This document shows positions 53,925-60,201 of a DNA stretch of 60,201 bases, one piece after another. The notes below the pieces were generated by a model. It searched no databases and was not told the origin of the DNA. It worked only from the letters and a program-made list of their open reading frames with translations. Every line of letters starts with the position of its first letter. Position 1 is the first letter of the stretch. Source of the DNA: an uncultured bacterium (GTDB taxonomy: Bacteria > JAAXHH01); the NCBI GenBank assembly GCA_913051705.1, contig CAJXCW010000003.1, forward strand, positions 1 through 60,201, given 5' to 3'. The translations under genes and the position numbers were made by a program.

Positions 53925-55181
53925 ATGCAAGAAACGGATGTCTTGGTCGTCGGGGGTGGTTCCGTCGGTGTATCGTCGGCGTACTATTTACATAAAGCAG
54001 GATTAGGCGTTACCCTGGTTGAGCAGGGGGAAATCTGTGCGGGAAGTTCCCATGGGAATGCCGGACTGATCGTACCCAGCCACAGTATTCCGCTTGCAAC
54101 GCCGGGGGCGGTGAAAAACGGGCTCAAGTGGATGTTTGATCCGGAAAGTCCTTTTTATATCAAACCTCAACTTGATTGGACCTTTATCAAATGGTTGTGG
54201 CAATTCCGGGCGGCGAGTAAAGCGCATAAAATGCATCGGGCCATTCCGCTCATCAGAGATTTAAGTCTGCAAAGTTTATCTCTATTTGAAGAAATAAATC
54301 AGATGGGCAGGCTGGATTTTGATTACCAGCAAAAGGGCCTTCTGCTGCTGTATCATGACCAGCACGGTCTCGAAGAAGGTTGTGAAGAAGCACAATTGCT
54401 CAACAAGTATGGGTTAGAAACAGCGATCTATACGCCGGATGAGGTTGCCGACTTATTGCCGGGGATAACTTTTTCTGTGGTCGGCGGCATTCATTTTATT
54501 CAGGATGCCCATATCTCTCCAGGCAAATACGTCAGAAACTTAAGTGATTATATCGCCCATGAGGGTGTTGACGTTCGCCCGCATACCGAAGTGCTGGGAT
54601 TCGACCGGTCGAATGGTCGTATTAATGTGGTGCACACAACCAGGGGACCATTCAAGGCAAAAGAAATCGTTCTGGCTGCCGGCTCCTGGTCGCCTGTATT
54701 AAGTCGGATGCTGGACGTCACTTTACCCATTCAGCCGGGCAAAGGGTACAGTATCACCGTGAATCGGCCCTCTGATTGGCCTGAAATACCGATGGTATTA
54801 TCTGAAGCGAAGGTGGGCGTGACTCCTATGGGCGACACCCTGCGTTTCGCCGGTACGCTCGAATTGGCAGGTTTTGATTTGAGTGTCAACATGCGGCGTG
54901 TCGATGCCATCATGAAAGCCATCCCCCGTTATCTGCCTGATATTCAGATCAATGATCAGGATATCCTTGAGATCTGGCGGGGCTTGCGTCCCTGCTCCCC
55001 GGACGGCCTGCCTTTCCTCGGACGTTCATCCGGATATCAAAATCTGGTCGTTGCGGCCGGTCATGCGATGATCGGCGTATCTCTTGGACCGGTTACCGGC
55101 AAAATAGTGGCCGACCTGATTACCGGGCAATCCCTGGATATCGATATTTCCGCCCTGGCCGTTGGCCGGTTTGGTTCATAG
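53925..55181 (+). CDS. FAD-dependent oxidoreductase, D-amino-acid dehydrogenase (DadA)-like
   Basis: VLVVGGGSVGVSSAYYL...GSSHGNAG and the C-terminal GLRPCSPDGLPFLG, typical of DadA. GGAGA SD, start at MQETDV. Confidence 0.8.
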   Translation: MQETDVLVVGGGSVGVSSAYYLHKAGLGVTLVEQGEICAGSSHGNAGLIVPSHSIPLATPGAVKNGLKWMFDPESPFYIKPQLDWTFIKWLWQFRAASKAHKMHRAIPLIRDLSLQSLSLFEEINQMGRLDFDYQQKGLLLLYHDQHGLEEGCEEAQLLNKYGLETAIYTPDEVADLLPGITFSVVGGIHFIQDAHISPGKYVRNLSDYIAHEGVDVRPHTEVLGFDRSNGRINVVHTTRGPFKAKEIVLAAGSWSPVLSRMLDVTLPIQPGKGYSITVNRPSDWPEIPMVLSEAKVGVTPMGDTLRFAGTLELAGFDLSVNMRRVDAIMKAIPRYLPDIQINDQDILEIWRGLRPCSPDGLPFLGRSSGYQNLVVAAGHAMIGVSLGPVTGKIVADLITGQSLDIDISALAVGRFGS

Positions 55182-55289
55182 GGGATCCCCAACCTGAGCA
55201 ACGCTATTTTCTCCCACGCCGATCATCCATTTCTCCGTTCTCCCCATAAGACCCTGGTCTCATTATCCTTTCCTGTTCTGGTTTCCTAC

Positions 55290-56546
55290 ATGGCCGAACC
55301 GCTGACAGGCTTCGTGGATACTGCCTTCATCAACCGGCTCGGGGCTGAATCTCTAGCTGCTTTGGGTGTCGGAACGGTAGCCCTGTCCAGCCTGTTCTGG
55401 ATATTCAATTTTCTGGGTATCAGCACACAGACCGAAGTCGCTCAGGCTCATGGGAATGATAACCGGGTCAGAGCGATGGAAATCACCAGTTTAGGCATCA
55501 TACTGAGTGGTGTTTTCGGACTGATTATCATCTCTGTCGGCCTACCGTTCACCTCGCCTATCGCCTCTGTCCTGGGGGCTGATGGCCCTATTCAAACGGC
55601 CGCAGAAGAATATATGAGCATACGATGGTGGGGAGCCCCTGCGATTATGGTTACGATGACCGGTTTCGGTGCCTTGCGAGGGTTGCAGGACATGCGTTCT
55701 GCCTTGTGGATTTCCCTCGGGATAAATGCTATAAATATACTCTTGGACGCCGTGTTGATCTTCGGTGCCGGTCCGATTCCTGCTTTGGGTATCGGTGGGG
55801 CGGCGATCGCCAGTGTGATCGCTCAATGGATCGGCGCGGTCTGGGTTCTGTTCAGGGTTAAAAAGATACTGGGATGGACTTTTCATATTGATCTGAGCGA
55901 GGTCCGCAAGCTGATGATCGTAGGTAGCGACCTGTTCGTCCGAACGGGTGTATTAAATTTATTTTCTCTCCTGGCCATGCGAAAAGCCACCCAGCTTGGC
56001 GCAGACAGCGGCGCAGCCAATCAGGCGATTCGGCAGGTCTGGATGTTCGGCACCCTGGTTCTTGATTCCTATGCCGTCGCTGGACAGAGTCTTGTGGCCT
56101 ATTTTTTTGGGGCAGGCCGTATCCGCGATGCCAGAAAAGTTGGGGAGATTGTTTGCTTCTGGGGCCTTGTATCCGGGGTGGCTTTGGCCGGGATCATGTG
56201 GATCGGAGGAGGACTGGTTATAGACCTGCTTGTCCCACCCAGTGCCGTGTCGCTGTTCAATTCCGCCTGGTTGATCGTCGTGATGGTTCAGCCCGTAAAT
56301 GCATTGGCCTTCGCAACAGACGGAATCCACTGGGGAACAGGCGATTACAGATATCTCAGAAACGCCGTCCTGTTGGCCACATGCATTGGCGCGCTAGGAT
56401 TATTTCTTGTACCGCATTCCCTCAACTGGGTGTGGATCATGACCGATATCTGGATAGGCGTCCGGGCGACCATGGGCATGGTACGCATATGGCCGGGCAT
56501 GGGGAAGAGTCCGTTGAGATTTGAAAGTCAAAAAACCGGGTTATAA
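55290..56546 (+). CDS. MATE-family multidrug/oligosaccharidyl-lipid efflux transporter
   Basis: 12-TM profile and MATE N-terminal consensus (...VDTAFINRLGAESLAALGVG...). No in-frame upstream start is available, so the N-terminus is short. Confidence 0.8.
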   Translation: MAEPLTGFVDTAFINRLGAESLAALGVGTVALSSLFWIFNFLGISTQTEVAQAHGNDNRVRAMEITSLGIILSGVFGLIIISVGLPFTSPIASVLGADGPIQTAAEEYMSIRWWGAPAIMVTMTGFGALRGLQDMRSALWISLGINAINILLDAVLIFGAGPIPALGIGGAAIASVIAQWIGAVWVLFRVKKILGWTFHIDLSEVRKLMIVGSDLFVRTGVLNLFSLLAMRKATQLGADSGAANQAIRQVWMFGTLVLDSYAVAGQSLVAYFFGAGRIRDARKVGEIVCFWGLVSGVALAGIMWIGGGLVIDLLVPPSAVSLFNSAWLIVVMVQPVNALAFATDGIHWGTGDYRYLRNAVLLATCIGALGLFLVPHSLNWVWIMTDIWIGVRATMGMVRIWPGMGKSPLRFESQKTGL

Positions 56547-57154
56547 TACACGACAAACCAAACAGTTCAGGGTGCCGAATTATAGACAAAACCTTATAGA
56601 TTAAACAGCGATCATCACGTCTTGTCTGACTGCCACAGGCTGCAACAGTGTCTTCAATGTGAGTAAAGTACTCATCTACGAGCATATGTGAATATCTTTC
56701 AGAAGTTCAAGTTCGGATTGAAGGCGCTGGAGCATCCTTATTTCACCAAGGCATGCTATGATATCCAGTTGACTGGCTTTATAACCATAAGTTAGTATAA
56801 CGTAAGATAAGCCCTCGTCCTGTTTAATTCAAAATAAAAACGGCAGAGTCCCCATATAGGCCGGTTTTGTTTATCTGTTGCCACCATGCCCCTAAAGGGG
56901 ATCTTCGCCCTGACAGATCGGCTGATCATGAACGATTGCTCCTGGTTTGGCGTCACCACCCCGGAACAGGCGGATAGGATTATATGGAAAGGGGACAGGG
57001 TTCCCGAACGGGCGAAAGCTCTGGCGCGGGCGACGTGCATTGATACGAGACGACGCATTCGAAATGGACTGAAATAAAGATATTTTGGATTACGGATTCT
57101 GGGTTACGGATTATTGATTTGACATTCATACAATGATAGGGGTATTGTATCATT

Positions 57155-58099
57155 ATGTTCATTCAAGATCAATTAACCGCAGACCGGGTCAATGACGATA
57201 ACCTTCAGTTTTATAAGGCCATCGGCGTCGATTATCTGACGATATATCCGCCGCCTGAGTTTGATTCAGGTGAGGAGTATACGACTTATTATGCCCGTAT
57301 GAGAAAGCTGGCGGAAAGCCATGGCCTGAAACTGCAGAACATTGCGATCAAAGGGGCGGATGAAATTACGCTGGCCCTTCCCGAAAGGGATCGCGAAATC
57401 GAACGATTGAAGCAAATGCTCCGGGCCATGGGCAAAGTGGGTATTCCGACTCTTGGATACAACTTTAAACCCGTGGGCAATTTTCGTACAGAGGCCACCT
57501 ATGGTCGGGGCGGGACCGTCTACAGTACATTTAACTATGATGCATTGATGCAGGATCCTCCACATTATCCGGATAAGATCATTGATGAAACTGCCATGTG
57601 GGAGAATATAGACTACTTCCTGCATGAAATCATTCCGGTGGCAGAAGAGAACCAGGTGCGGATGGCCCTACATCCGGATGATCCCCCTATTCCTGAACCC
57701 CTCGGTGGCGCTGCGCGTATCGTATCCACCCTTGATCAGTATAAACGCATCTTCAACCTGGTTCCCAGCCGGAGCAATGCCATGTTGTTCTGTCAGGGAT
57801 GTGTTACGGAAATGGGGGTGGATGTCTATGAGGCCATACGAGATATCGGCACCCTGGGAAAGATCGTGTATGTTCATTTTCGAAACGTAAAAGGCGCCCC
57901 GAAAGATTTCCAGGAAGTTTTCCTCGATGAGGGGGATGTGGACATGGTCAAAGCGATGAAGGTCTATAAAGACGTAGGATTCAACGGCCCCTTCATGATG
58001 GACCATACGCCAGGGATCCCAGGTGACCGGGAGGGCCGGGAAGGCCATGCGTTCGCCGCGGGGTATATCAGGGCGTTGATTCAATCCGTGTATCAATAA
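57155..58099 (+). CDS. Mannonate dehydratase (UxuA)-family sugar-acid dehydratase, short form, possibly leaderless
   Basis: GIPTLGYNFKPV, IIPVAEENQVRMALHPDDPP, VHFRNVKG and DHTPGIPGD align with UxuA conserved blocks. In-frame stops immediately upstream. TTGACA ... TATTGT lies 6 nt before the ATG. Confidence 0.65.
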   Translation: MFIQDQLTADRVNDDNLQFYKAIGVDYLTIYPPPEFDSGEEYTTYYARMRKLAESHGLKLQNIAIKGADEITLALPERDREIERLKQMLRAMGKVGIPTLGYNFKPVGNFRTEATYGRGGTVYSTFNYDALMQDPPHYPDKIIDETAMWENIDYFLHEIIPVAEENQVRMALHPDDPPIPEPLGGAARIVSTLDQYKRIFNLVPSRSNAMLFCQGCVTEMGVDVYEAIRDIGTLGKIVYVHFRNVKGAPKDFQEVFLDEGDVDMVKAMKVYKDVGFNGPFMMDHTPGIPGDREGREGHAFAAGYIRALIQSVYQ

Positions 58100-58225
58100 C
58101 TGATGTTTTGCAAAACCCGCACAGATCGTCACCACGGCGGATGCCGGGGACCAGAGACTTTCCTAATGGTATAATGTAACAACTCCAGCATTGTCAAAAG
58201 ACGCTGGTTCCCAGCTTTCGCAGGG

Positions 58226-59983
58226 ATGACAAACCGGGTAATTAAACTTATGCAACAAACTTATTTCAAACATTTTCTCAATACTATCATCTCATGTCTC
58301 TCGGTCTTAGCCTGTAACCAGGATAACACAACGGATATGCCAGCCGGTATGGATCAATATGTCGATATCGCCCGGCCTTTGCCCGAAGATGCCGCCCCGC
58401 CTGAAAATCAAATCTTTCGCTATCTGGCCTACGAACCGGCACACATGGATGTGTCTATCGATATCTATCATTCCGGCCATAGCGAATACCTCTATGAGCG
58501 CTTGTGCATGCTTGATTACAATAATCAATTAATACCCGGCGCCGCAGAACGGTGGGAGGTGTCGGAAGACGGCAAAACATGGACCTTTTATATGTGGCCG
58601 GAGGCGAGGTGGAGTGACGGGAATCCGGTCACCGCGCATGACTTCGAATATGCGTTTAAACGCCTGCTTGATCCGGAAGAGGCCTCTGTTTACGCATTTT
58701 TCTATTATGACATCAAAGGGGCCAGATCCTTCAATCAGGGAACAACGAATGATCCTGAGACCGTGGGTGTGAAGGCTATAGATGATAGAACTCTGGAGAT
58801 TGAGACGGAACAACCGTGTGCAATTCTGCCTTACATCCTGTCTTATCCTACCTCAGCACCCGTTCCTCGATGGCAGGTTGAAAAATATGGAAAGACATGG
58901 ACCGTAGCCGGTCATGGGATCAGTAATTCAGCGTTTCATCTCGAATCATGGATAGTAGGCGAATCCATGACCTTCGGGCTGAACCCCTACTACAATGGAC
59001 CGAACCCAGCCCGTCTGCGAAAAGTGGTCCGTGTATTTGACCAGACGGAAACAGGAGCGATTTCAACCCGGGTCGGCTTATTCCCCTATGAGAATGATGA
59101 GACGGACGTTGTCAGGGTCCAGTCGATGGAAATCGAACGCATCCAAAAAGATCCGGTGCTCAGCAAGCAACTATGGAGCTGGGATCGCCTGGCCACAGTG
59201 TACTTGTATTTTAGAACGCACCGTCCGCCATTTGATGATGTGAGGGTCCGTAGAGCGTTCGCCCATGCCATCGATCAGGAGGCGATCGCGAATGTGGTTT
59301 TACGTGGCATGATGCTACCTGCCTATACCATGTTGCCGTTACATTATCCCGGTTATGTGGGAGAGAAATACAAGGATATTCAGGCGTACAATCCGGATGA
59401 AGCTCGCCGGTTACTTGCTGACGCCGGTTATCCGGGAGGACGTGGGTTCCCGACATTGGAACTCTGGTTAAAGCGGCAACCCTCAACATCTCCTGAAGGT
59501 CAGGCCGCCCAGGCGATTCAACAGATGCTCGATGAAACCCTCGACGTAAAAATCAATATTCGGAATGCCGACCGGACAACCTACGAAGTGAATATGAAAG
59601 ACTGGGAAATCCCGTTGAGCACCATCATGTTCACCTACGACTTCCCTGATCCGCATAATCTTTTAAGCCTCGTATGGCACGCCCAACCCAAAGGCTATGG
59701 CCGACATGATTGGAAGAATAGTCGTTTCGACGATCTGGTAGACCAGGCGGTAAGGGAGATGAATACGCCGGAACGTATGAAATTATATGATGAAGCCGAA
59801 CGAATCCTCGCGGAAGATGCCGGCGGCGTATTTCTATGGCACGTCCTCGACTATGAACTCAGGAAACCATGGGTCAAAGGGTTCCCGCAGGACAAATGGG
59901 GCAACTATCCCTCATACAATAACAACACTTCATTCAGTGACATTTACATTGGCAAGGAGATCTTGGATAAGGAAAGGGAATGA
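58226..59983 (+). CDS. ABC transporter substrate-binding protein, family 5, lipoprotein (lipobox LSVLAC)
   Basis: Lipoprotein signal, SBP_bac_5 core, 585 aa. Confidence 0.85.
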   Translation: MTNRVIKLMQQTYFKHFLNTIISCLSVLACNQDNTTDMPAGMDQYVDIARPLPEDAAPPENQIFRYLAYEPAHMDVSIDIYHSGHSEYLYERLCMLDYNNQLIPGAAERWEVSEDGKTWTFYMWPEARWSDGNPVTAHDFEYAFKRLLDPEEASVYAFFYYDIKGARSFNQGTTNDPETVGVKAIDDRTLEIETEQPCAILPYILSYPTSAPVPRWQVEKYGKTWTVAGHGISNSAFHLESWIVGESMTFGLNPYYNGPNPARLRKVVRVFDQTETGAISTRVGLFPYENDETDVVRVQSMEIERIQKDPVLSKQLWSWDRLATVYLYFRTHRPPFDDVRVRRAFAHAIDQEAIANVVLRGMMLPAYTMLPLHYPGYVGEKYKDIQAYNPDEARRLLADAGYPGGRGFPTLELWLKRQPSTSPEGQAAQAIQQMLDETLDVKINIRNADRTTYEVNMKDWEIPLSTIMFTYDFPDPHNLLSLVWHAQPKGYGRHDWKNSRFDDLVDQAVREMNTPERMKLYDEAERILAEDAGGVFLWHVLDYELRKPWVKGFPQDKWGNYPSYNNNTSFSDIYIGKEILDKERE

Positions 59984-60042
59984 ATTATGAAATATGATTT
60001 ATAAATCATGATTTTAAAAGTACCCGACAATAATCAAAAGTT

Positions 60043-60073
60043 GTCATCCCCGCAGGCTTTAAGCGGGGATCCA
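60043..60073. repeat. REP-like palindromic element, family B (single hairpin copy)
   Basis: GTCATCCCCGCAGGCTTTAAGCGGGGATCCA, preceded by AGTACCCGACAA...AAAAGTTG as in the 49981-50007 flank. Confidence 0.8.
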
Positions 60074-60201
60074 CCGCTTAGAGATGCTTGATGGAAGGTT
60101 TCCTATGTGAACACCCTCCCATCCCTCTTTCACGCACTAACCATCCCTTCCCTCTCAACCCGCTCAAACATCTCAGCAAACTCACCCGAACCATCCTCTT
60201 C

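Noticed and set aside
56826-56870. Terminator-like AAAAACGGC...GCCGGTTTTG structure between MATE and UxuA-like genes
   Set aside because: The stem is short and imperfect, and it lies ~290 nt downstream of the MATE stop inside an unconvincing antisense ORF. It could terminate an unannotated small transcript, but the evidence is weak.
56886-57077. 63-aa plus-strand ORF and overlapping 88-aa minus-strand ORF in the MATE-UxuA spacer
   Set aside because: No SD and no family features, and the two mutually overlap. Not enough evidence to call either.

Overview
This 60.2-kb window is a densely coded, single-copy chromosomal region from a bacterium, with no rRNA, CRISPR array, transposase or integrase. 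Several features are consistent with a monoderm, possibly Chloroflexi-like marine lineage but do not establish it: lipoprotein-type substrate-binding proteins, tungsten aldehyde:ferredoxin oxidoreductases (AORs), many sulfatase, hydrolase and oxidoreductase genes, and abundant heptanucleotide tandem repeats. I support about 48 genes plus one tRNA-Phe(GAA). The main gene clusters are:

(i) A minus-strand putative operon for an extracytoplasmic FAD (GMC) dehydrogenase with a Tat-signal small subunit, a pentaheme cytochrome c, a NapC/NirT-like tetraheme cytochrome and a monoheme cytochrome c. A Tat-signal HisC-like aminotransferase lies immediately upstream.

(ii) A 4x[4Fe-4S] polyferredoxin, two tandem tungsten-type AOR paralogs, an FAD/NAD(P) pyridine-nucleotide-disulfide oxidoreductase and a small membrane protein. 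This resembles heterotrimeric NAD-linked AorABC.

(iii) A 1146-aa internally duplicated PepSY-like/CPBP membrane protease.

(iv) A Tat-lipoprotein SelA-like PLP protein paired with a membrane-fused alpha/beta hydrolase.

(v) Five family-5 ABC substrate-binding protein paralogs (one partial) with no adjacent permease or ATPase genes, each followed by a repeat element.

(vi) A decaying ABC-2 exporter next to tRNA-Phe, carrying a frameshift and an in-frame stop.

(vii) zwf, an OpuC-type osmoprotectant ABC importer, a sulfatase, aldolases and Zn-ADHs.

At the DNA level there are at least two REP-like palindromic families, a MITE-like nested inverted-repeat element in two copies, and STRR-like heptamer tandem arrays. 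One array, (AATCACC)n, sits recurrently in 5' leaders. ORFs reported as 'M' in the track sometimes start with TTG or GTG. Several starts were re-placed using SD (Shine-Dalgarno) evidence. All coordinates for non-ORF elements were counted by hand and may be off by 1-2 nt.
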